Source of the DNA: Candidatus Woesearchaeota archaeon
GTDB taxonomy: Archaea > Nanobdellota > Nanobdellia > Woesearchaeales > ARS49
Length of the DNA stretch: 64,000 nucleotides
Assembly: GCA_016203395.1 (NCBI GenBank)
Contig: JACQMV010000035.1
Location: 415-64,414, forward strand
Reading direction: 5' to 3'
This document shows positions 1 through 9,029 of this stretch, one piece after another. Position numbers and translations under genes: made by a program. Below the pieces are notes generated by a model that worked only from the letters and a program-made list of their open reading frames with translations, had not been told where the DNA came from and ran no database searches. Positions within the stretch are counted from its first letter, which is position 1, and each line of letters begins with the position of its first letter.

Positions 1-328
1 AATCATGCGCGTTTTTGTTAGAAATAACTGCACTTACTCTGTTACGCTTTGCGTTTTTTTTCATCAGCAAAAAAGCATCATGGCTGAAATCATTCATAAA
101 AACATCACAATCAGCAACCTCTTTTGCAATTCTTATCGCTCTAATGCCTGTGCCTGCCAAGGCATCTCCAACCTTAAGATGCCTGCCAATGCATTGCAAA
201 AGACAAATACAGACATCCCTATTGAATTTCATAACAGGATTAAAAAACACCGGCATATCCTTACACACCTTTTCTGCCACAGGAACGAATATTTCTGCAC
301 TACCCTCAACGTGTTTTATCTGTTTCAT
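1..328 (-). CDS. trm1: tRNA (guanine26-N2)-dimethyltransferase Trm1, N-terminal fragment; the gene runs off the window start
   Basis: The minus-strand ORF starts at ATG 328..326. Its translation MKQIKHVEGSAEIFVPVAEKVCKDMPVFFNPVMKFNRDVCICLL...GDALAGTGIRAIRIAKEV resembles the archaeal Trm1 N-terminus (EGKAKI..P...PVFYNP.M..NRD....VLDALSATGIRGIR). It is absent from the ORF track because there is no stop inside the window. Confidence 0.7.
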   Translation of the reverse strand, partial: MKQIKHVEGSAEIFVPVAEKVCKDMPVFFNPVMKFNRDVCICLLQCIGRHLKVGDALAGTGIRAIRIAKEVADCDVFMNDFSHDAFLLMKKNAKRNRVSAVISNKNAHD

Positions 329-339
329 ACCTGCTTAAT

Positions 340-2106
340 TCACTGCTTATTAAAAAACTCTCTTATTTCATCAGCATAATCAGAGCTAATTAACAAATCC
401 CATTCTTTTGGAAGACAGGCACGATAGGAGGGCCAAGCAAACCGCTCATCAAGCAAAACAACAACTGCCTTGTCTTTTTCAGAACGAATACAACGCCCTG
501 CATTCTGCAATACTCTAATAATAGCAGGCAGAGTATAACCATAATCCCAGCCATGAGCAAACTTTTGCTGATAAAGCGCAATAAGCTCGTTTGTTTCAAG
601 ATCTGGCTTTGACAAAGGAAGCCCAACAACAATAACCCCTTTCAAAACACCGGGCATATCAATACCTTCTCCAAAACTCCCTGAGGATAGCCCCAGCAAA
701 ACCCCATTTTTGGAAGAGGACAAGCAATCAAGCATTTCCTTTTTCTCATCAGGAGTCATTCCCTGCTTTTCAATAAAAAGTCCGTCCAAACTTAAATGCT
801 GAAGCACATTATTCCTAATATCATAACTTGGAAAAAATATTGCACAAGGACCGGGGATTAAAGAAACCAAATCACTACAATACTCTGCAATCAGCTTATA
901 CTGTGCCAAAGACCTTTGAGAATACTTTGTCGTAGTTTTAGGAACAATAATAACCTTCTGATTCCCTCTTGGAAAAGGAGAAGAAAATTCTGCTGTTAGT
1001 GTGTTCTTCGGAAGCCCTAGAACATCACAAAACATGGCAGTAGGCAACAAGGTCCCACTCATAACAATAGAAGAATAACACGAATCAAAAACCTGCTTAG
1101 CAATGCTACCCGGATCAAGACAAACCAAACGCAAATAACTACCAAAAGAATCAATACCTGCTATCCTTGTAAAGCCAGCATCACGCAAACTCCACTCCTC
1201 AAGAAAATCAACAACTCCTGAAACCCAACTATGCGATTGTTCATCTTTAACAAGCGCAGCGCAAGGTGCTAATTTAGAAATCGCTTCATTCACATCAAAA
1301 CCGAGAGATTTCCCAATAAGACACTCTTCTTTTTTTGCAACACTATTAAGCGCATCCTGAATACGCACCAACACACTAATAACATTATCCAAGTCATGCT
1401 TTTTTGCCTCTTTAACTGCATTTCTTAGCATTCTGGTACTCAGTCTTGAACTATAAACATCACGCAGACGAGAACCAAGATTATGCGCTTCATCAACAAT
1501 AATAACTGAATTTTCAAGCTTTTTCTTGCACCTGGCAAGAAATGCTGCGCGAATACTATCATGAAAAAGATAAAGATAATCTGTAACAATAAGCGTTGCA
1601 TTAACTGAAGCAGCAATACTAACCTCATAAGGACACAACTGCGCATTTTTTGCATCAGCAATAACCTCAGAAGCATGCTTTGAGTCAGCATCCTGCTTCA
1701 GCAATTCCAGCTTAATACTGCCTTTTAGAAAATTCTCATAATAATGACACTCCTTATTTTCACGCAAATGCTTACAATAGTCAATAAAAGAAACCTCAGG
1801 AGCACCATCCTGAGCACACATGTGCCTTTTTCCAATAACACTCGTGCACACAAAGGAAACCTTGTTAAAATTCTTTATCTCTCTTGCAGTGTCAAGGACA
1901 ATCCTGTGCTGAGTGTGCCTGTCAGTCAAGAAAAATATTGTCAAATTCTTTTCCAAAGCAATCTTCAAAGCAGGAGAAAGAACAGCAGCAGTTTTTCCAA
2001 GACCAGTAGGCGCGTGAGCCAAAAAATGCTTTTTTTCAGCCAAACACTTTTCAACTGCCTCAAGCAATTCTTTTTGCGAAGACCTTATGTGCTCGTAAGG
2101 AAACAT
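340..2106 (-). CDS. xpd: XPD/Rad3-family (DEAD_2) Fe-S DNA helicase
   Basis: Walker A is HAPTGLGKT. The DEAH box is VIIVDEAHNL. There is a 4-Cys cluster (CTSVIGKRHMCAQDG...DYCKHLRENKEC) between the helicase motifs, typical of an XPD FeS domain. The tracked ORF starts with TTG at 2127. An in-frame ATG at 2106 (MFPYEH...) is the more likely start. Confidence 0.75.
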   Translation of the reverse strand: MFPYEHIRSSQKELLEAVEKCLAEKKHFLAHAPTGLGKTAAVLSPALKIALEKNLTIFFLTDRHTQHRIVLDTAREIKNFNKVSFVCTSVIGKRHMCAQDGAPEVSFIDYCKHLRENKECHYYENFLKGSIKLELLKQDADSKHASEVIADAKNAQLCPYEVSIAASVNATLIVTDYLYLFHDSIRAAFLARCKKKLENSVIIVDEAHNLGSRLRDVYSSRLSTRMLRNAVKEAKKHDLDNVISVLVRIQDALNSVAKKEECLIGKSLGFDVNEAISKLAPCAALVKDEQSHSWVSGVVDFLEEWSLRDAGFTRIAGIDSFGSYLRLVCLDPGSIAKQVFDSCYSSIVMSGTLLPTAMFCDVLGLPKNTLTAEFSSPFPRGNQKVIIVPKTTTKYSQRSLAQYKLIAEYCSDLVSLIPGPCAIFFPSYDIRNNVLQHLSLDGLFIEKQGMTPDEKKEMLDCLSSSKNGVLLGLSSGSFGEGIDMPGVLKGVIVVGLPLSKPDLETNELIALYQQKFAHGWDYGYTLPAIIRVLQNAGRCIRSEKDKAVVVLLDERFAWPSYRACLPKEWDLLISSDYADEIREFFNKQ

Positions 2107-2181
2107 GCTGAAGACACAAGAAAGCAATGATTAAAAGCTTTACCTGCAAAGCTTTAAATACTCGCAAGCCAAAAAGTAAGT

Positions 2182-2442
2182 ATGCATAAAAAAACACACA
2201 TGCATAATCATTATATTGCTGCATTCGTGTTTGTTTTCTTCGTTGGAATGGGAGTAATGCTTCTTGGAGCACAACAAACCGGCTTTGCAGTCAAAGATAT
2301 AACTGAAATAGTCAAACCAATGCCAATCGGAACATGTCCTGAAAAAGAAGAATACGTGTGCGGAGAAGACGGAATGACATACAGAAACCCCTGTCAAGCA
2401 TACGTGTCAGGAATGTACGAGTTTAGTGAAGGTGCGTGCTAA
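2182..2442 (+). CDS. Small secreted or membrane-anchored protein with an atypical (4-Cys) Kazal-like protease-inhibitor domain
   Basis: There is an N-terminal hydrophobic segment AAFVFVFFVGMGVMLLGA. The C-terminus reads C-x7-C-G-E-D-G-M-T-Y-R-N-P-C...C. This matches the Kazal core C-x7-C-G-x-D-x-x-T-Y-x-N-x-C. It lacks the C1/C5 cysteine pair. Confidence 0.5.
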   Translation: MHKKTHMHNHYIAAFVFVFFVGMGVMLLGAQQTGFAVKDITEIVKPMPIGTCPEKEEYVCGEDGMTYRNPCQAYVSGMYEFSEGAC

Positions 2443-2489
2443 ACACCTACGCTTTGACAAAACCATTTTTTACAAACAATATTCTTGTT

Positions 2490-2804
2490 CTATACTAAAA
2501 AAACAGGAAGTAAGTTCTTTCGTACAAGAACTGCTTTACTATCCTCACTCAAAAGATTACCACATCTATCAAAAGCAACATTATGAATAACTACCTCAAA
2601 GCCCTGCTGTTCATACTTTCTTCTGTATTCATCAGAACTATCTGCGCGAATATTAGTCGCCCAAGAATATCCTGCTTCAATCAGGTCCATATAAACCGGT
2701 TCCTGATTCATGCGTGTAGTAAGAGCTTCTTCTACACCTTTTAGGTTTTGAAGAGTACGTATTTGTTCTTGAGAATGGGGATTAAGGAAATACGTGCTAG
2801 ACAT
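2490..2804 (-). CDS. Hypothetical protein (104 aa), co-transcribed with the upstream wHTH regulator
   Basis: ORF with a 1-nt gap to the 2806..3102 gene on the same strand. No recognisable motif. Confidence 0.4.
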   Translation of the reverse strand: MSSTYFLNPHSQEQIRTLQNLKGVEEALTTRMNQEPVYMDLIEAGYSWATNIRADSSDEYRRKYEQQGFEVVIHNVAFDRCGNLLSEDSKAVLVRKNLLPVFLV

Positions 2805-2805
2805 A

Positions 2806-3102
2806 TCACAACATTCCTCTTATTGAGTCAATATGAGAAGCAACTTCACTGCCTTTTTTAGTCAAATTAAGCAGCTTCAATCTGCCTTGCTTATCAAAAA
2901 CAACAAGACCTTCTTTCTGCATCTGCTGAAGAATCTTGACAACATGAGAATAAGTGCAGTCAACCTGCTTAGCAAGATTGGAAGCATAAATTTCCCCTTT
3001 AGCGTTCTTCAGCTCAACCAGCATCATTGCCGGCTTTTCCCTGAAAAGCACATTGAAAATCTCCTTATTCTTCATTCTCAAAACCCCCATATGTATATTC
3101 AA
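2806..3102 (-). CDS. Winged-helix (MarR/ArsR-like) transcriptional regulator
   Basis: 98 aa. The HTH-like segment LAKQVDCTYSHVVKILQQMQKEGLVVFDKQGRLKLLNLTKKG is typical of a wHTH recognition helix plus wing. The start could be ATG at 3075 (MKNKEIF). Confidence 0.5.
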   Translation of the reverse strand: MNIHMGVLRMKNKEIFNVLFREKPAMMLVELKNAKGEIYASNLAKQVDCTYSHVVKILQQMQKEGLVVFDKQGRLKLLNLTKKGSEVASHIDSIRGML

Positions 3103-3392
3103 AAAGTTATAATGTAGCTCAATATTTAAACCTATCTATTCTCAGCACTAATAGTAATCAACCTGTTTCGTAGGTCTTTTCCCACGGCTCTTGCTAAAAA
3201 TATTTTGATTATGTTAGCCAGTATTTGCCTTATAACCAAGCCATTACAATGAAATTGTTGTCAAAGCACGTGAGCCGCAGGGCAATACCGATACACACAA
3301 TTAGCATATTTTTAGCAGGGACAAATACCCCATTTTTTAGTCACGCAGAGTTCTGATAACATTTATAAACATGACCTTACTGATGAGTAATT

Positions 3393-4154
3393 GTGAAGCG
3401 TATTGCCTTGTTAGGTTTGTTTGTTTTTCTTTTAATTATTGTTGGGTGTGCAAGACAACCGCCTGAGCAAGTTCCTTTTAATAATTCAACAATTGCTCCT
3501 ACAACAGTTATTAATGTTTCCGAGGTTGTGCAAAAAAATCCGTGCGAAGGCATATCCTGTAATAAGAACGAAATTTGCAAAGAAGGCAAATGTTTTTGCG
3601 CTCCTGATTTCAGACAATGCGGCAATGAATGCATACCTGTTGCTCAATGTTGTGACAACAGCAATTGTAAACCGCAAGAATCCTGCGTTAACGGCAATTG
3701 CGAAAAAACAGACTTTTGCCCGTTCATGATGGAATACAATCCTGAGAAAAAAACCTGCAGTTGTGTTCAAGCCACAAGGTTTTGCTTTGACCAGCAAAGA
3801 TGCATCTCCACTGAAAACTGTTGTGATGTTGCAGATTGTAACCCTTTGGGTGGCGATGAACGAGGTTGCATTTCAACAAAATACAGAGCAGATATTTGCG
3901 TAAAATTCAATGGAGGCAGCCACTGCAAAAAAGCAGTTATGGGCGAACGCACTTCTTTCTCCTTCGGCACTGATTATTATGACATCTTTGTTGATAATTT
4001 ATACGAGAATGGCGTTGCCAATATCCGAGCAGAAAAAGCGGGCTTTCTGAGCAATTTTAGTTACGTTAAAAAAAGCGGAGTAGTTAGTATTGGAAACCTG
4101 AGCATAGAAAACAGGAATGCAGATATGATTGGAGGCAACTGCAAATCCTCATAA
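3393..4154 (+). CDS. Secreted cysteine-rich repeat lipoprotein
   Basis: GTG start. Signal peptide with lipobox-like LLIIVGC. There are more than 30 Cys arranged in repeated CxxxC / CC / CxNGxC modules (CGNECIPVAQCCDNSNCKPQESCVNGNCEK; CFDQQRCISTENCCDVADCNPLGGDERGC). Confidence 0.5.
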   Translation: MKRIALLGLFVFLLIIVGCARQPPEQVPFNNSTIAPTTVINVSEVVQKNPCEGISCNKNEICKEGKCFCAPDFRQCGNECIPVAQCCDNSNCKPQESCVNGNCEKTDFCPFMMEYNPEKKTCSCVQATRFCFDQQRCISTENCCDVADCNPLGGDERGCISTKYRADICVKFNGGSHCKKAVMGERTSFSFGTDYYDIFVDNLYENGVANIRAEKAGFLSNFSYVKKSGVVSIGNLSIENRNADMIGGNCKSS

Positions 4155-4185
4155 GGTTTTTAAAGGGTGCGTCTTAATTAGTATT

Positions 4186-4614
4186 ATGGCAAGAATTTAT
4201 TCAAGAAGAAAAGGGAAACACGGCAGTAAAAGGCCAGTTTCTCAGTCAAAAAACACGTGGCAGCGCTATACCTCTAAAGAGATAGAAATGATTATTGCAA
4301 AACTCGCTAAAGAAGACAAAAAATCAGCAGAAATAGGAACTATTCTTCGTGACACTTATGGCGTCCCTGATGCTCAGCAATTACTGAATAAGAGAATAGG
4401 TGTTGTTTTGAAAGAAAAGGGCATTGTTTCTGCACTACCTGAGGATATGAATGCACTGATTAAGAAATCTGTTCTGATTGAAAAACACCTGCTAACTGGA
4501 AAACAGGATGAATCTGCCAGACGCGGACTGATAATCACAAAAAGCAAACTTCTCCGTCTGGCTAAATACTACAAAAGAATAGGAAGACTTCCTGAAACAT
4601 GGAAGCTCGGATAA
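4186..4614 (+). CDS. rps15: 30S ribosomal protein uS15 (archaeal/eukaryotic S13e type)
   Basis: MARIYSRRKGKHGSKRP... is the conserved S13e/uS15 N-terminus. The tracked ORF has a 19-codon upstream extension that was discarded. Confidence 0.85.
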   Translation: MARIYSRRKGKHGSKRPVSQSKNTWQRYTSKEIEMIIAKLAKEDKKSAEIGTILRDTYGVPDAQQLLNKRIGVVLKEKGIVSALPEDMNALIKKSVLIEKHLLTGKQDESARRGLIITKSKLLRLAKYYKRIGRLPETWKLG

Positions 4615-4752
4615 ACTCGTATTTTTGCAGCTACCAAAACCTGCTCTCAACTGCTATTATTTCTACAAATCATAAAAACGGCATGTTTTTTACGTTTTTG
4701 AGGCAGAATAATGCCAAAAGCTTAAATAATCCGCGCGACTAATCAGGTAATT

Positions 4753-5760
4753 ATGAAATACGTGCAACAAACACCTGCGCCAAAAAAGGTTGAGCTAGAC
4801 AAGACTGACAGAAAAATACTGATACACCTTGCAAGCAATGTGCGTCTTCCTGCTGCTTCAATAGGGAGGAGAATAGGACTGTCAAAAGACACAGTGTCCT
4901 ACAGAATAGCAAACCTGAAGAAAAAAGGCGTTCTACAGGGCTCACGTACAATAGTTGATATCGCTAAATTCGGATATTTCTCAACGCACCTGCTTCTGCA
5001 ACTCAACCAGCCACTGCCTGATGCAGAAAAGAAGCTCATCAAAACATTCCAGAACTATGATTTTGTAAGAGCAATTATAAAATTCAATGGAAAATACGAC
5101 TTTGAGCTCGCAGTAGTCCACAAGACACTCCTAGAACTTGATTCAATAATACAGATAATAATGAGAACATCATCACCATACTTGCAGTCAATGGAAACAT
5201 TATTTATTACCAAACCAATCACAGGAAGAATATTCCCGAAAAACTTCCTGCCAGAAAAAGACATTGTTCTGCAAAAACAAAAACAAACAGAGCTTGAAGC
5301 AGACAACATAGACATGAAGATACTTAAAACAATAGCAAACCATGGAGACATTCCACTGCACGAGCTCGGCATGAAAGTCGGCCTGAGTGCTGACGGCGCG
5401 AAATACCGCTTAAAGAAGCTACAGCAGGCGGGAATAATAAAAGGATTCGTTCCTGTAATAAATTACGACGTAATCGGCTACAATGTCTACGCAATACTTC
5501 TATCAATAAAAGAGTTTGACAGCAAAAGAGAAGCAACGCTTCAGGAATTCCTGAACAGCAACAATGACATCCTCTGGGGAGTAAAAGCAATAGGAAAATA
5601 CAACGTTCTGCTTTACATCTGCACAACAAATCCTGATGACCTTGTCAAAACAACAACTGCGCTAAGAAGCCATTTTGCAGGGCTCATAAGCGAATACGAA
5701 ACACTAATCAATTATGAAGAATACAAATACACCTACTACTTAGATGCTATTGAAAATTAA
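4753..5760 (+). CDS. Tandem-duplicated Lrp/AsnC-family transcriptional regulator (two HTH plus two RAM-like halves)
   Basis: Two HTH_AsnC-like segments: ELDKTDRKILIHLASNVRLPAASIGRRIGLSKDTVSYRIANLKKKGVL and IDMKILKTIANHGDIPLHELGMKVGLSADGAKYRLKKLQQAGIIKGF. Each is followed by an approximately 80-aa regulatory half. Confidence 0.65.
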   Translation: MKYVQQTPAPKKVELDKTDRKILIHLASNVRLPAASIGRRIGLSKDTVSYRIANLKKKGVLQGSRTIVDIAKFGYFSTHLLLQLNQPLPDAEKKLIKTFQNYDFVRAIIKFNGKYDFELAVVHKTLLELDSIIQIIMRTSSPYLQSMETLFITKPITGRIFPKNFLPEKDIVLQKQKQTELEADNIDMKILKTIANHGDIPLHELGMKVGLSADGAKYRLKKLQQAGIIKGFVPVINYDVIGYNVYAILLSIKEFDSKREATLQEFLNSNNDILWGVKAIGKYNVLLYICTTNPDDLVKTTTALRSHFAGLISEYETLINYEEYKYTYYLDAIEN

Positions 5761-7745
5761 TTTCCTCTGATTCTTAGATAATCAAGCTTGCTTCCCTGCC
5801 TTGCCACAACAACACCCACAGAGTCAAACTGAGTGTATGTTTTTTCAGACGGCGGCAAAAACTCCGCAACCTCTGCAGAATCTATAAACAGCTTGTAGCT
5901 GCCATCACCATACCTTGCCAATCCATACGTGTGCCAGTTCTCTAAAACACCAGAGCCAACATGATACCTGTATTGCCTAACATCTTTTCCTTCATCATCA
6001 TAGACATACCAGTCAATATTATAATTTGAGCTCTCGCCATACAGCCGGAATTCATAATGCGCTTTGTTGCCAGCATACAACAGTATAGAAACTGCATTAG
6101 GCCAATCACTCGCACTTACTACACTTGTTTCAATAACCAACCGTTCAGTAGAATTAATCTCCACCTTTTTGAAAACTGTTGCCCATGGCTCAAGCTCAGG
6201 GCTATAACCCTTTCCAATGCCTGAAATAACGCCATTGTCAAGAGCAGGCAACCGATAAGACTGTCCATCAGGACCTTGTATTGACCAGCCATCTAAAGTA
6301 TCAAACCCATCATAAAATACGTTCTTTCTCTTCTGCCCAAAATCAAACGTGCCACTCCTACGTTCTGTCTTGCCATCCCATGAGCCAGATAATTCAACAT
6401 TGTGTTCCCCTGACAAATCACAATCCTCAGCACAAACAATGCCGAAATTCTCATTTGCGCAGGCATTAAACATGCTGCCAATACCTGTTCCTGTATGAGA
6501 TTTTTTAACACCATCAATGAACAATTCCAGCTGTACATCACCTACTGGCACATCATTATTAGTATCAAAACACACAAGATAACCCCTAAAACCAGCAGGA
6601 CCGCCTTCAAAAAATCCCTTCACTCCCTCAAGAGCAAGATTCAGTTTAGTGCCTTTACCATTAATACTACTGAAATCAATCTCTTTCTCTGACTTTATGT
6701 TAGGTGCTACTGCAAGCCCAACAGAAATCTTTTCATTGCCATGCAATTTAGACAATTCACAATCTTTACAATCCAATTCTAAACTTATATCTTCACAAGC
6801 TTCGCGCTTGAGACCCCAAACGCGCTCAATGAACGTCCCATTAGCATAAACGTTAAACAAGTCACGACCTGCTTTTGCAGGATCTGCACTTAAACAAACA
6901 TAATACTTGCCAGTAGCTTCATTCTTTTTAAGTGCAGTAATTGATAGAGACACAGGCGCAATCTCTGTAATTTCCTCAATTTTACCAAAATCAACTAATA
7001 GACCATCATCAATCCTCTTGTCCTCACTAAGCTCAAGCCAGATATGCCATCTGCCATCATATCCCTTAAGAGGACATGCGTTATTACAATAAACAGAAGC
7101 ATCATACTGTGGGCAGTATACGTCTTTCATTCCGAGAGGATTTCCTGCCGGCTTTGCAAAGTTGTTATCCACATAAACATTAAACGACTTGTCCTCTGCA
7201 TTGATTGAAGTGTTAAAACAAAACCGGAATAAGGAATCATCACTACCAACAATCTTTTGCTTCATTACTTTATCCAACCTGAAAAACAATTTAGGAGATT
7301 CTGGAAGTGTTGGCACAGGTTCTGGCTGCGTTATGTTCTCTTTAACTGGAGTATCATTCACAACCACTGGCTTTTCAACAGATGGAGGAAGAACAGGGAG
7401 TTCAACAACAGGTTGCTGTGAGCTTTCAATACGCAAACACACGACTTCTTCAGATGCTTTATCAATAAGCATGACGACTTTTGCACTACCCTCTGCCACG
7501 TGAACAAACCAGTATTCTTTAAAAGGAAGAGAACGACTGCATAATTCATCTACAAAACCGGCTTTTTCTTTAAGTGCCTGCTCATCCCACAATGATGCCT
7601 GAACTGAAGCACCCGGATGCTCTTTCAAAAACTCTTTCACAGGAGCAAAACTCCGAATAAATTCCTCAGGGCTTGCAGAACACCCGATTAAAAACAAAAG
7701 CGCTAAAGCAGAAACACTTAACTTAAACCAAGAGCAAACCCTCAT
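5757..7745 (-). CDS. Large secreted lipoprotein (662 aa), possible C-terminal concanavalin/LamG-like domain
   Basis: Signal peptide with lipobox-like LFLIGCSAS. Pro-rich linker (PVVELPVLPPSVEKPVVVNDTPV). The domain call is tentative. Confidence 0.45.
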   Translation of the reverse strand: MRVCSWFKLSVSALALLFLIGCSASPEEFIRSFAPVKEFLKEHPGASVQASLWDEQALKEKAGFVDELCSRSLPFKEYWFVHVAEGSAKVVMLIDKASEEVVCLRIESSQQPVVELPVLPPSVEKPVVVNDTPVKENITQPEPVPTLPESPKLFFRLDKVMKQKIVGSDDSLFRFCFNTSINAEDKSFNVYVDNNFAKPAGNPLGMKDVYCPQYDASVYCNNACPLKGYDGRWHIWLELSEDKRIDDGLLVDFGKIEEITEIAPVSLSITALKKNEATGKYYVCLSADPAKAGRDLFNVYANGTFIERVWGLKREACEDISLELDCKDCELSKLHGNEKISVGLAVAPNIKSEKEIDFSSINGKGTKLNLALEGVKGFFEGGPAGFRGYLVCFDTNNDVPVGDVQLELFIDGVKKSHTGTGIGSMFNACANENFGIVCAEDCDLSGEHNVELSGSWDGKTERRSGTFDFGQKRKNVFYDGFDTLDGWSIQGPDGQSYRLPALDNGVISGIGKGYSPELEPWATVFKKVEINSTERLVIETSVVSASDWPNAVSILLYAGNKAHYEFRLYGESSNYNIDWYVYDDEGKDVRQYRYHVGSGVLENWHTYGLARYGDGSYKLFIDSAEVAEFLPPSEKTYTQFDSVGVVVARQGSKLDYLRIRGN

Positions 7746-7844
7746 TTATTCTTACGGAAGAAGCCACAATATATACGTGCTTAACATTAAATAAATATCA
7801 ATATATATGCGTCCAAAAAACCCTGCTAAAAAACATAATGGGCT

Positions 7845-8010
7845 GCATTATTTGTCCAGCAGCTCAAGTGCTTTGACTATGAACTTTAACGCAAGCCAGT
7901 GTGTTGCTTGCCATGAACAATGCATTTTGTTTGCATACTGTTGCACAACAGTTGTGCCATTGTTGCAACAGATTGCAAGCACAGGATTTACACTGCAACA
8001 ACCATCCTGG
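7845..8010 (+). repeat. Partial or degenerate copy of the dispersed intergenic repeat family (module 2-like)
   Basis: cagcagctcaagtgctttgactatgaactttaacgcaa and ttgttgcaacagattgcaagcacagg match the conserved cores tgctctgaYtRtgaactttaacgcaatta and ttgttgcaa..ttgcaaacac of the copies at 9030, 26155, 34330, 49320 and 61706. Confidence 0.4.
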
Positions 8011-8920
8011 AAAGAATTTCTTCTTTCATGCCCTGTTTTGCGAACTTTACAGGAATATCCTTGCAAAGCACCTCACTCATGTATCCCTGACAAAGCTGTT
8101 CAAGACCATCTAACTTAATATCATGGCTTTCCGGATCATGGTGCGTAATATACAAACTGCCAACATTTGCCTCTGCAGCAATATCACACACTCTCAAAAT
8201 ATTAGAATGACCCCAACCCTTCTTCGTCATATACTCCTCAGGATCATACTGGCCATCCATAACAAGAGCATCAACACCATTGATTATACCAATAAGCGTC
8301 CTGTCCTTTGGCCCAAAACTTCCAAGACACTCACCATCATGCTCATAATCGCCAGTATAAGCAACCCGGGTTCCATCATTCTGAATAAGATAGCCGAACA
8401 TGCCTTCAGGATGGCAGCTGTGAAAAAACGGCTGAACTGAGGTAAAACCATTTATTATTGGTTCCTCATTAAGATCGGTGAAAGTAATATTCGCACCCAT
8501 CTTATCCAATGCAACAGGAAAAAAGTCACGCCCCTGCTGATAAAGAAAGCCGCTTTTAGTGTAATTAACTTCATTACACTTGTTAGTGCATGGTTCCGTC
8601 TTATCCCACGTCCTTCCAAGAGCAATTCTCCTATGACCGCCATACACCCGCAACACATTACCGGGCTTATAGCACGGCTTGAAAAAAGGAAAACCATTAA
8701 TGTGATCCCAGTGAGTGTGCGAAATAAAAACATCTGCATCTGTCTTTCCCCTGATAAGCTCACTGCCAAGGACTCTCGCTCCAGAACCCATATCAAAAAT
8801 ATACAACCCATCAGAAGTTTCTACTGTAAGACAGGAAGTATCCCCTCCATACTGCACAGTGCCTTCCCCCGGTGTTGGTATGCTCCCTCTTGTTCCATAA
8901 AATGTTATTTTCATTTTCAT
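7988..8920 (-). CDS. Metallo-beta-lactamase-fold hydrolase
   Basis: HxHxDH motif ISHTHWDHINGFPFF. N-terminus MKMKITFYGTRGSIPTPG. The tracked ORF begins at 9058, but an internal ATG preceded by GGAGG is the likely start. Confidence 0.65.
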   Translation of the reverse strand: MKMKITFYGTRGSIPTPGEGTVQYGGDTSCLTVETSDGLYIFDMGSGARVLGSELIRGKTDADVFISHTHWDHINGFPFFKPCYKPGNVLRVYGGHRRIALGRTWDKTEPCTNKCNEVNYTKSGFLYQQGRDFFPVALDKMGANITFTDLNEEPIINGFTSVQPFFHSCHPEGMFGYLIQNDGTRVAYTGDYEHDGECLGSFGPKDRTLIGIINGVDALVMDGQYDPEEYMTKKGWGHSNILRVCDIAAEANVGSLYITHHDPESHDIKLDGLEQLCQGYMSEVLCKDIPVKFAKQGMKEEILSRMVVAV

Positions 8921-9029
8921 CGCCTCCATACAATACCTTAGTTCATGAAGAATAAGATACCTACCATCAGAAATTGCCTCAAACAAGAAAATAAACAAGC
9001 AATAATTATGAAACAGCACCCTATCACCC

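Noticed and set aside
5-379. Plus-strand ORFs 5..379 and 15..338
   Set aside because: They lie antisense to a well-supported Trm1 N-terminal reading frame on the minus strand. They have no motifs and hydrophobic, low-complexity translations. I treat them as shadow ORFs.
1440-2130. ORFs 1440..1691 (-), 1744..2130 (+), 2060..2272 (-) and 2140..2397 (-), inside or adjacent to the XPD gene
   Set aside because: They are out-of-frame or antisense to the helicase and the Kazal-like gene. Their Leu/Arg/Ser-rich low-complexity translations are typical of shadow frames in AT-rich DNA.
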